Virus record (IMG/VR): IMGVR_UViG_3300035698_035310
Coordinates: 62,001 to 126,000 of that record
Reading direction: 5' to 3' (one strand)
DNA: 64,000 nucleotides
Within the stretch, counting starts at the first letter, position 1. The number at the start of each line of letters is the position of its first letter. Positions 1 through 8,599 of this stretch are shown here, piece by piece. Position numbers and translations under genes: made by a program. The notes under the pieces were generated by a model. The model saw only the letters and a program-made list of their open reading frames with translations. It did no database searches and was not told the origin of the DNA.

Positions 1-1383
1 TGTTCAACTGAAACGAGACGATTAGCGCTTGTTGATGGCATTCTTGTAAAGTGTCACGATGATAAAGCCAACTATACAGATCGTATGGCTAAACTAGCCA
101 GTGAAGAATTGCAAATGGCTGCTGCTGCGGTTGATGGTTATGTTCTTGCAGGTGATGCAGTTAAATATCCGGGCAGTGTTACATTTGTTATCGATGAATC
201 ACAAGGTGGTGATGTTATTATCGCCAACGCAAGTGTAGCAAAAAATATCAATGATTTGAAAAATCGCAGTGGTGTTAAAATTGCATTTACCCCTGATTCA
301 CCAAGTCAGACGTTACTTACTAAATGGAGTAGCGACTTTGATGTTAAAATTAATGATCCCAAGGCGATAACATTGGTTCACGCTAATGGTGCAGCAGACG
401 CTGCTAAAAAACTTCAAAATGGTGAAGTAGATGTTGCAGTTGTTTGGGAACCACACGCATCCAAATTGTTAAGTAATGCAAATTTTGTTAAACTTATTGG
501 CACAGAAAGCACTAAAAACCTTATCGTTGATGTGTTACTCACCAATCAGCGTTATGCAAAAAGCAATCCAGATGTAATGAAGACGGTTGTTAAATCATAC
601 TTTTTAGCATTGGAGCATTATAAAACAAACACCAAAGAATTTGATGATGAGATTATTCGTTATGCTGGTGCCAGCCGTGATCAAGTTGACGCAATTAAAG
701 CGGGTATCAATTGGGTTGATTTACCACACAATGCCGCAGATTGGTTGGGTATTAGTCAAACTGGCGGTAAAGCGCAACGACAGTTGTATGACACCTTCAA
801 CTCTGCGGTTCGTTTATATGTCAATAGTGGTGATTTTACTACAAGCCCTATTCCTGGTGATGATCCGTTTCGTTTGATTGATTCAAGTGCATTCAATGAC
901 GTATATACATTGGGAATGACTGGAAAACTTGGTGTTATGTTTCAACCTATCACAGTTATCAAAGACGTTAGTGTTACACGCCCCTTTAAGAAACTTTCAC
1001 CGGGTCGTTGGGCTAAACTTAAAGATATTGGATCATTGAAATTACAAGCTATTACGTTCAAGCGTGGAACATACGAACTTGAATCAACAGGTCAATCCGC
1101 ATTCAAATCATTGGTTGAAATGCTTGAAACATATCCAAATTATCGCATTAAAGTTGTGGGTCATTCGGGCAAGCGCGGAGATCAAGCGGCTAATATGGTT
1201 CTTTCTAAAAAACGTTCTATATCTGCGGCAAAATATTTGATGGACAAATATGGCATTGACAAAAATCGAATTTACGCGTATGGTGTAGGCAATGGACAGC
1301 CACCTCGCCGTGAAACCGGTGAAACGAAACGTGCATATAATGCAAGGTGGCCTCGTGTTGAACTTATTTTAGTGGAAGGATAA
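1..1383 (+). CDS. ABC-type substrate-binding (NMT1/SsuA-like) + C-terminal OmpA domain protein, 5'-partial
   Basis: Frame is open from base 1. DVAVVWEPH and IVDVL SBP motifs; OmpA C-terminus ITFKRG...IKVVGHS...NMVLSKKR...RIYAYGVG...RVEL. Confidence 0.85.
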   Translation, partial: CSTETRRLALVDGILVKCHDDKANYTDRMAKLASEELQMAAAAVDGYVLAGDAVKYPGSVTFVIDESQGGDVIIANASVAKNINDLKNRSGVKIAFTPDSPSQTLLTKWSSDFDVKINDPKAITLVHANGAADAAKKLQNGEVDVAVVWEPHASKLLSNANFVKLIGTESTKNLIVDVLLTNQRYAKSNPDVMKTVVKSYFLALEHYKTNTKEFDDEIIRYAGASRDQVDAIKAGINWVDLPHNAADWLGISQTGGKAQRQLYDTFNSAVRLYVNSGDFTTSPIPGDDPFRLIDSSAFNDVYTLGMTGKLGVMFQPITVIKDVSVTRPFKKLSPGRWAKLKDIGSLKLQAITFKRGTYELESTGQSAFKSLVEMLETYPNYRIKVVGHSGKRGDQAANMVLSKKRSISAAKYLMDKYGIDKNRIYAYGVGNGQPPRRETGETKRAYNARWPRVELILVEG

Positions 1384-1387
1384 TAAC

Positions 1388-1573
1388 GTGGGCATTTGGA
1401 GAGGTTGCACACAAAAAGATTTGGTCAAGCAGTTTATCATCGATAAAGGCACCCTCGACGCTATATATATTGCTAAACGGTTATGGCCTTCCCATCCACA
1501 ACCATCCGAATGGATTGAGTTTACCGAAGATGATATTAATCAGTTACAACAGTATGAAATGGAGAATAAATGA
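1388..1573 (+). CDS. hypothetical protein
   Basis: 61-aa ORF filling the gap; GAAGGA upstream; overlaps next start (ATGA). Confidence 0.5.
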   Translation: MGIWRGCTQKDLVKQFIIDKGTLDAIYIAKRLWPSHPQPSEWIEFTEDDINQLQQYEMENK

Positions 1574-2400
1574 TGGACGCACAATTTATTGATTTATCAC
1601 AGATGACACCGGAAGCGGTTAAAAGCGCAGTGTTTAAAAATACCGCTACTAACCCATTAACGATTTTTCCAATTCTTGCAAGTTTGCCGATATTGGGTGT
1701 TTGGGCGATTTTTGATGCAGGTTTGTTATTTGTTGCGTTAAGTGTTTTATCGGCTGCGGGTGGTGGTAGCATGTTTGCTATAAATTACTTTGGTCGTTAT
1801 GCAGTGTTCTCTAACAAATATTTCATTCAACTTCGAAAAGATAATGAAGCGAAAGCAAAACAGAAACTCGTCGAAGTTGAAGAATTTCTCGATGAACGCG
1901 AATTTGAGCAAGGTGCAAGACAGGTAACTAAATTGCAAGCATCAATGACTGCTTTTGAAAAGGTTCTTGATCGTAAATTTGAACCGCATGAATTTGCACG
2001 TGCCCGATATCATGGCGTAGCCGAACAAGTTCAATTGAATGCACTTGGCAACCTAGAACAAATTGTGACTATGTTGACGGCGGTTGACGCAATTGATCCA
2101 GAATATATTCAAAGACGTATTGACGAACTTGGCGAAATTGCAAATGATAACGATGGTTTGAATGATTCGCAGTGGGAAGAAAAAGAAGCACTTGAAGCAC
2201 GATGGGAACTTCGTGAAAATCAATTCAAGGGTATTGACGAACTGCTTTCACAGAACGAAAAAGCAATGACTGAACTTGGTAAAATATCAACCAATATTGC
2301 CTCTTCAAATGTTGCGGGTAATAGCGCAGAAGAAGATTTAGAATCAGCAATCGATTCACTTAACAATCTTGGAAAAGACGCCCAAAAGCATTGGGCTTAA
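1570..2400 (+). CDS. membrane protein with two N-terminal TM helices and long coiled coil (XpaC-like architecture)
   Basis: Hydrophobic aa ~30-72, then acidic heptad-rich helix; GGAG SD. Confidence 0.6.
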   Translation: MMDAQFIDLSQMTPEAVKSAVFKNTATNPLTIFPILASLPILGVWAIFDAGLLFVALSVLSAAGGGSMFAINYFGRYAVFSNKYFIQLRKDNEAKAKQKLVEVEEFLDEREFEQGARQVTKLQASMTAFEKVLDRKFEPHEFARARYHGVAEQVQLNALGNLEQIVTMLTAVDAIDPEYIQRRIDELGEIANDNDGLNDSQWEEKEALEARWELRENQFKGIDELLSQNEKAMTELGKISTNIASSNVAGNSAEEDLESAIDSLNNLGKDAQKHWA

Positions 2401-2425
2401 CTGAAACTATAAAGGAGAACTTATT

Positions 2426-3466
2426 ATGCGTAAATTATGTACTTATATGCTTGCTTTCACTGCATTTGCGATAATCGCTATTGTCGTTGCTGAAAGTGTG
2501 AACGCAGCAGAAACTGTTAAAGTTGGGTGGTCGCGATATACAGGATTTGAACCATTGGGCCTTATGCAAAATACCGGAATTATGGAAAAATGGAATAAAA
2601 AGATGGGCACGGATGTCCAACTTGAATTTGTTGGCAATTATGTTGATTCGGTAACATTGTATTCATCCGGTCAATATCAAGGTGTTGCTGTAACCAACAT
2701 GGACGTTTTAGCCATCGCTGGTGTAGGTGGACGACATTCTACCGCAGTTATTGTTGGTGATTATTCGAATGGTAACGACGGGTTGGTTCTTAAAGGGTTT
2801 TCATCGCTTGCGAAAGTTAAATCAAATATCAATTTGGTTGAATATTCGGTATCGCATTATTTACTTGCACGATGTGCAGAAAAAATGGGTGTTGATATAA
2901 ATTCATTCACTCTAGAAAACACGATGGATTCAGACATTCCGGCAGTAGTTGAAGCGAATGATGCGATTGCGGTTGTTGCGTGGAATCCAATGCTTACCAG
3001 TATCAAAGAATTGAACGACGCTAATATCGTTTGCACCAGTTCAGAATTTCCTGGCGAGATCATCGACATGGTTGTTGTAAGCGACGACGTTGATGAAAAT
3101 TCTCGTAAAGCATTGACGGGTGCATGGTATGAAGCAATGGCGTTGATTAAATCTGGCGATGTTGATACATTATCATTTTTGGCTGAACAATCAGGTAGCA
3201 CATTGGAAGATTTTATGTCACAATTGAAAACTACACATTTGTTTTATACTGCCAATGATGCAGTTTCGTTTATTAAAGATGCGGAATTAAAAGCAACGAT
3301 GACTAAGGTTGTTAAGTTTTCGTTTGAGGCTGGTGTATATGATGGTGTTGATGATCCAAATGAAATTGGTGTGAAGTTTGCTGATGGTTCAGTGATGGGT
3401 GATGAAGCAAATGTAATGCTTACGTTTGATCCAAGTGTTACACAGTGGGTATCTACTGCAAAATAA
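2426..3466 (+). CDS. ABC transporter periplasmic substrate-binding protein (urea-carboxylase-associated/NitT-TauT type)
   Basis: Signal peptide; VGWSRYTG, TNMDVL, GDYSNGNDG, VEYSVSHYLLAR, WNP, PGEIID, GAWYE motifs; AAGGAG SD. Confidence 0.9.
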   Translation: MRKLCTYMLAFTAFAIIAIVVAESVNAAETVKVGWSRYTGFEPLGLMQNTGIMEKWNKKMGTDVQLEFVGNYVDSVTLYSSGQYQGVAVTNMDVLAIAGVGGRHSTAVIVGDYSNGNDGLVLKGFSSLAKVKSNINLVEYSVSHYLLARCAEKMGVDINSFTLENTMDSDIPAVVEANDAIAVVAWNPMLTSIKELNDANIVCTSSEFPGEIIDMVVVSDDVDENSRKALTGAWYEAMALIKSGDVDTLSFLAEQSGSTLEDFMSQLKTTHLFYTANDAVSFIKDAELKATMTKVVKFSFEAGVYDGVDDPNEIGVKFADGSVMGDEANVMLTFDPSVTQWVSTAK

Positions 3467-3469
3467 CAC

Positions 3470-3527
3470 TTGACACAATATGTATATATGATAAAATGGT
3501 GTAATAGAAATATTACACCATTTTTTT
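3470..3527 (+). promoter_or_regulatory. sigma70 promoter overlapping a terminator-like hairpin
   Basis: TTGACA(3470)-N16-TAAAAT; hairpin AAAATGGTGTAATA-gaaa-TATTACACCATTTT followed by T run. Confidence 0.6.
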
Positions 3528-3540
3528 ACGAGGAGTGCAA

Positions 3541-3651
3541 ATGATTTATAAAAATAAGTTATTCAGAAATTCAAATTTTAGACTAACGGTAGAAATTGCA
3601 TTTACTATCACAGTTTTTTTATTGGTGGCGTTTTTTGGCGCATATTATTAA
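3541..3651 (+). CDS. small membrane protein (36 aa, not in ORF track)
   Basis: GAGGAG SD; MIYKNKLFRNSNFRLTVEIAFTITVFLLVAFFGAYY*. Confidence 0.55.
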   Translation: MIYKNKLFRNSNFRLTVEIAFTITVFLLVAFFGAYY

Positions 3652-3675
3652 TATAATAAAATAAGGAATAATTAA

Positions 3676-4509
3676 ATGAAAGAATCTAAATTTTTTGGAC
3701 TACATGCAAGACCTGGAAAAAAGTTAGGAATATTTCTAATGTTTATTCCATTCATTTTTGCGTTGTTTGTATATATGGGTGGATCGCAATATCGCCAAAT
3801 GGAAAACGAAAAAGACAAAGTTATGCCTACTATTGCAAAAATGGTAGATTCCACGATCAAATACACAGTTACCGAAGATCGAAAAGGAAATTATCGACTA
3901 TTAAATGACGCTGTTAATAGCGTGCGTCGAATCGTAATAGGTGTTACATTAGCAGCATTGGTTGGTTTGATGTTGGGTATGAATACGGCGTTATTCCCCG
4001 GTATGCGAGAACTTTTAAATCCATTTATTACATTCTTTTCAAATATTCCAGCATTGGCATTAATGCCGATCTTACTTATTACGATGGGGACAGGCGAGGT
4101 TGCAAAAATTGGACTTATATTCATTGGCACCGTGTTTATGATTACACGTGATGTTTTTCGAGCAACAAACGAACTCCCCAAAGAACAAATCACTAAAGCA
4201 CTTACATTAGGCGCAACCGAATTTGAAGTTGTGTATAAAATCGTGCTGCCACAAATCATTCCATCGCTTTTAAGCACTGTGCGACTTAGTTTAGGAGCAG
4301 CATGGTTATTTCTTATTGCTGGTGAAGCAATCGCATCTACTGATGGCTTAGGATATCGTATATACCTTGTGAAGCGGTATATGGCTATGGATGTTATTAT
4401 TCCTTATGTATTGGCTATTACCGGATTGGCGTTTAGTATGGATCGTATATTAAAACGATTTATCGGTTGGAAATATCCTTGGTATGTAGCAACAAGCGGA
4501 GGTAAGTGA
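3676..4509 (+). CDS. ABC transporter permease (NitT/TauT family)
   Basis: Multiple TMs; EAA-like loop KALTLGATEFEVVYKIVLPQIIP; AWLFLIAGEAIASTDGLGYRI. Confidence 0.92.
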   Translation: MKESKFFGLHARPGKKLGIFLMFIPFIFALFVYMGGSQYRQMENEKDKVMPTIAKMVDSTIKYTVTEDRKGNYRLLNDAVNSVRRIVIGVTLAALVGLMLGMNTALFPGMRELLNPFITFFSNIPALALMPILLITMGTGEVAKIGLIFIGTVFMITRDVFRATNELPKEQITKALTLGATEFEVVYKIVLPQIIPSLLSTVRLSLGAAWLFLIAGEAIASTDGLGYRIYLVKRYMAMDVIIPYVLAITGLAFSMDRILKRFIGWKYPWYVATSGGK

Positions 4510-4510
4510 T

Positions 4511-4939
4511 ATGGTTAAATGGACAGATGGCGACGACGATGATAAATTGCGTTCAGCCCCTTTAGCATCACAAGCAGAAGAAATACAAACAACTTTAAAC
4601 AGTTTGATTGAGGAAGGACCAGAAATTGTGAATGGTGTTAGATTGCAGCTTAATGATATGCCAGCAATGATATACGATCCTCAATCGTCTGCAATGGCAT
4701 TAGTTGAAATGCGACGACTTGATAAAGGTGAATCAAAATTGGTAAAAGTCACCTTAATGATGTTGGTGCCAATAGATGTATCATTAAATGTTGTTGAAGA
4801 TAATGTTTCGTGCGCAATAGATAATATCATAGATCAAGATCAGTTTATGGATGATCCGGTAGATGATACATATCCAATTATTGAAAATGTTAAATTGCTT
4901 ACAACAAAAAGTGAAGAAATAACGTTGGAAGGGGAATAA
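4511..4939 (+). CDS. hypothetical acidic protein
   Basis: 142-aa ORF tightly packed between permease and ATPase. Confidence 0.6.
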   Translation: MVKWTDGDDDDKLRSAPLASQAEEIQTTLNSLIEEGPEIVNGVRLQLNDMPAMIYDPQSSAMALVEMRRLDKGESKLVKVTLMMLVPIDVSLNVVEDNVSCAIDNIIDQDQFMDDPVDDTYPIIENVKLLTTKSEEITLEGE

Positions 4940-4941
4940 TA

Positions 4942-5882
4942 ATGATAGCCAAAGCAAACAAACTTAAGAACTCAAACCTTTTACATATTCAAGATGTTTA
5001 TAAGGAATATGACGATAATGTCATTTTGGACAACATTGATTTATCCGTCAGTAAAGGTGCATTCGTGACCGTAGTGGCCCATCTGGATGTGGTAAATCTA
5101 CACTGTTGCGATTAATTCTTGGTCAAGAAACACCCACCAGCGGCAATGTATCATTAGATGGCAAAACCGTTGGTCGTGCTGATGTTAATCGTGGCATCGT
5201 ATATCAAAAATATTCACTATTTCCAAATCTTACCGTTTTGGACAACGTTCTTCTTGGTAAGAAACTTGGAGATAATAAAGATGAATGGTCGCAAAATAAA
5301 CGCATATTGACCGAAGAAGCAATGCATTTTTTATCAAGTGTTAAACTTGGAGAACATGCGAACAAATATCCACACCAACTTTCTGGCGGTATGCAACAGC
5401 GGGTCGCAGTTATGCAAGCACTTATCATGAAACCAAATATTTTGATGATGGACGAACCTTTTGGTGCACTTGATCCAGGCACACGTGAAGATATTCAAAT
5501 TTTTCTTTTAGAGCAATGGAAAGAACATGGTATGACTATTTTCTTTGTGACACACGACTTGGAAGAAGCTGTATTTCTTGGAACTCGCATTATCACATTG
5601 TCGCAATATTATACAGATGATCGTCATGATGATTTGCCCGGTATGCTTTCGTATCAACGCAATTGGCACGGTGCCAAAGTTGTATCTGATCGAAGCGTCG
5701 AACATATGAATGACGACATCAAAGGTTCGGTGACAGAAAAACAAACAAAAGAATTCTCTGAAATCATTGAAGATATTCGCGATGAAGGCTTCAATCCTGA
5801 AAATATTAGACATGTGTCAGAATTTAATCTTACACATCGCAATAGTTTTCAAATATTAACATCAGAGGAGCAAGTAAAATAA
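4942..5882 (+). pseudogene. ABC transporter ATP-binding protein with -1 frameshift at ~5075 (real lesion or sequencing error)
   Basis: ATG 4942 frame reads ...ILDNIDLSVSKGAFVTVV; Walker A GPSGCGKSTLLR continues in the -1 frame from 5076; LSGGMQQR, MDEPFGALD, VTHD downstream. Confidence 0.85.
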
Positions 5883-6160
5883 TGAAAGATTCTAATTTTA
5901 CCGATAATAAACTATATGCACTTATGTGGGTCATTGTGGGTGTTGTATTGTGTTCTTTAATAAGCGGCATAACAATATATAATATTCATAAAAATGAAAT
6001 GCCATTGCGCATGATTAAAAATGGCGTTAACCCTGCGGTATTAGAATGTCTAGACAAAAATTGGACATATGTCTCTGTCCATGAAATATGTAAAAATGTA
6101 TTAACCGATAGCAACTTGACAAACGATGAAGCAAATGAATTGGTTGAAAAACTTCGATGA
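5882..6160 (+). CDS. hypothetical membrane protein
   Basis: Single TM; TAATG coupling. Confidence 0.65.
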   Translation: MKDSNFTDNKLYALMWVIVGVVLCSLISGITIYNIHKNEMPLRMIKNGVNPAVLECLDKNWTYVSVHEICKNVLTDSNLTNDEANELVEKLR

Positions 6161-6501
6161 AATCATATTATATAATATTAGAAATTTGGCGACATTTTTT
6201 AGTAGTATGTTCAATCCTGTTCGGTGTTATTGTTATTATATCAGGAGTAATAGGTTCTGAATATATCAATGTCGTTTATTTCGCTCGTGGTGATTGGGCA
6301 ATGATTTTCCTGATTACTGGCGCACTTGTTATTTCATATTGTATATTTTACTATATTTTACTACCAATAGAAGGAATATTTTTAATATTAGGCGTTGCGT
6401 TTGTGGCTATGATACACAAATATAATAATGGCGTAGTCAGTATCGAAAATTTCGTTAATGATTACATGAATTATGTAATAAGAAAAATGGAGAGAAATTA
6501 A
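6157..6501 (+). CDS. hypothetical multi-TM protein
   Basis: Three hydrophobic segments; ATGA overlap. Confidence 0.6.
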   Translation: MKSYYIILEIWRHFLVVCSILFGVIVIISGVIGSEYINVVYFARGDWAMIFLITGALVISYCIFYYILLPIEGIFLILGVAFVAMIHKYNNGVVSIENFVNDYMNYVIRKMERN

Positions 6502-6502
6502 A

Positions 6503-6820
6503 ATGAAAATATTTATGATATTGATGTTATTGAGTATGACATCAATGATAGGAATCGCAAATGCGGAGACAATCACCATCAATGCTAAACCAATTGTAGA
6601 AGAGGAATGGCTTTGGCATACAGTATGCACCATGATCGTTCCAGGTTATGTTGATAGAATTATGATGGATGAAAAGCATGTGGATACATTTGCTCTTCAA
6701 GTGGCGACAACGATATATCGTCGGACTGTGATATCTAACAAATATAGACGACATTTCATGATAGGCAATAATATTTGGTGCACGACTGCTAATCGTATAG
6801 ATATTGAGGATAATAGGTAA
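6503..6820 (+). CDS. hypothetical exported protein
   Basis: Signal peptide ending ANA; GGAG SD. Confidence 0.6.
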   Translation: MKIFMILMLLSMTSMIGIANAETITINAKPIVEEEWLWHTVCTMIVPGYVDRIMMDEKHVDTFALQVATTIYRRTVISNKYRRHFMIGNNIWCTTANRIDIEDNR

Positions 6821-6826
6821 ATGATA

Positions 6827-6856
6827 TTGACGTAATGTATGGATATCCGGTATAAT
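6827..6856 (+). promoter_or_regulatory. sigma70-type promoter
   Basis: TTGACG-N18-TATAAT. Confidence 0.6.
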
Positions 6857-6890
6857 ACATTTTTTAACGATTACAAAGGTTATATACATT

Positions 6891-7136
6891 ATGATTAAAT
6901 ATTTAGTTGGTGCGATTGCACTATTGGCTATTGGTGCGTGCGCCCCAACATTTCCAGCCGGTCCATCTGGTGGAATACCAGAGTATGTTTGGGTCGGTTG
7001 TCGCACGGTAGATAAAAATCCTGCTAGTGATGGCAGCATCGCTTTTGGGCCATTTGGAACAATGACATCAGTGTTGTTTTTCAAACAAAAAAATAAAGAT
7101 GGTTCGGTAAAACCAACTGTTCAAGAAGAATGTTAA
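6891..7136 (+). CDS. small lipoprotein
   Basis: Lipobox-like IGAC after a hydrophobic signal. Confidence 0.7.
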   Translation: MIKYLVGAIALLAIGACAPTFPAGPSGGIPEYVWVGCRTVDKNPASDGSIAFGPFGTMTSVLFFKQKNKDGSVKPTVQEEC

Positions 7137-7248
7137 TTAAAACCGGTGTAAGTTATTGATATTGCATAATATTGTAAGGGTGTTGTAAGGTTTGAAGTGT
7201 ATACTATTGATAAATACAATAGAACATTCCAAATGAAGGACAAAGGAC

Positions 7249-7737
7249 GTGAATAAGTTACTCTATGCGATAATCGCACTATTAATATCTACAAATCAAG
7301 TTATAGCCGCCGATGCTACCGGAACGGCTTCCGCAACAATTGTTGCACCGATTGCAATTTCTGCTGGCGCAGCAATGAATTTTGGAACAATGGCTCCAAC
7401 TGGTACAGCAGGAACGGTTCTTGTTAATACATCAGGTGGAACAACCGCTACTAATGTTACAGAATTGGGTTCTGGGTCATCGTCACAAGGTGTATTCACT
7501 GTAACAGGTGAAGGTTCCGCGACATACAGTCTTACAGTTCCAACCACCGATGTAACATTAACAAGTGGTTCAGACACAATGGTTGTAAACGCATTTAATC
7601 ACGATGCAGGAGCAACACCAGCAATAGCTAGTGGTGGGACAAGCACCATAAACGTAGGAGCAACGTTGAATGTTGGGTCTGCTCAAGCAGTCGGTTCTTA
7701 TACTGGCACTTACACAGTTACCGTTAACTACAACTAA
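7249..7737 (+). CDS. DUF4402-like secreted pilin-fold protein
   Basis: Signal peptide; ATGTASATIVAPI..MNFG; VGATLNV...GSYTGTYTVTVNY C-terminus; GATAAATA late-type promoter at 7209. Confidence 0.85.
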   Translation: MNKLLYAIIALLISTNQVIAADATGTASATIVAPIAISAGAAMNFGTMAPTGTAGTVLVNTSGGTTATNVTELGSGSSSQGVFTVTGEGSATYSLTVPTTDVTLTSGSDTMVVNAFNHDAGATPAIASGGTSTINVGATLNVGSAQAVGSYTGTYTVTVNYN

Positions 7738-8056
7738 AGCGGCAAGTGTAACGGGTTCAGTTTCTGCTACAATTGTTACACCATCTGGTGTCGCAGTTAT
7801 AACAGTTCCCAATGATGTGGTAATAACTGTGTCAAGTGAATTAAAAAATTTGATACCGAATATACGATCCGAACAAATAATCCAAGCCGTACAGAAAGAA
7901 TTAGTGCGGTTTGGAGGATTTACTATATCGGGGTCGCCTAATCAAGTTATATCGGTTGTTGTTGATGGTATATCATTTGATGCAGTTATCAATTCATTTG
8001 GTTCTGCTATATTTGATAAAAAGGTGAAACGAACATTTATGATACATTATAACTAA
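7670..8056 (+). CDS. DUF4402-like paralogue (divergent/shortened)
   Basis: AGGAG SD at 7656; signal peptide, then ASVTGSVSATIV; FTISGSPNQ; ends in YN like the paralogue. Confidence 0.7.
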   Translation: MLGLLKQSVLILALTQLPLTTTKAASVTGSVSATIVTPSGVAVITVPNDVVITVSSELKNLIPNIRSEQIIQAVQKELVRFGGFTISGSPNQVISVVVDGISFDAVINSFGSAIFDKKVKRTFMIHYN

Positions 8057-8508
8057 TGAAAAATATATTACTCATTATACTTTTTAGTATTTTTGCATTC
8101 CCTGCTATTGCTCAAATGGTAGTTATTGCAAAAACTAATATGAAATTTGGTTCGGTATCTTCCAGCGTGGATGGTAGTGGAACCGTAACGATCTCGCCAA
8201 CATCTGATACAACGACGCTATCTGGTACGATATTTGATTTTGGTGGTACGGTAAAACGAGGCAAATTCAAAATAGAAAATGGAACACCCAAAGCGTTTGT
8301 TACTATCATATTACCTCCTTCGATCACCATCACCAAAGGATCACATACGTTGACGGTGGACCAATTAACCCTAAGTGTTACCAACCCGGTGAAATTGAAT
8401 AACTCGGGTAAGAAAGTTTTTTATGTTGGTGGTAGATTATCAATCCCAACTAATCAAAAAGCTAAAAAAAATTATAATGGTGATTACACCGTAACCGCAG
8501 TAGAATAA
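8056..8508 (+). CDS. DUF4402-like secreted protein
   Basis: Signal peptide AIA; MKFGSV; FYVGGRLSI...YNGDYTVT. Confidence 0.8.
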   Translation: MKNILLIILFSIFAFPAIAQMVVIAKTNMKFGSVSSSVDGSGTVTISPTSDTTTLSGTIFDFGGTVKRGKFKIENGTPKAFVTIILPPSITITKGSHTLTVDQLTLSVTNPVKLNNSGKKVFYVGGRLSIPTNQKAKKNYNGDYTVTAVE

Positions 8509-8599
8509 AATTAATATTTAATCACATTTTAATATATACATTGTCATATTGAATGTGCTATTCTCTTCAAGTAAGTTAAATAAACGAGGAGTACGAATA

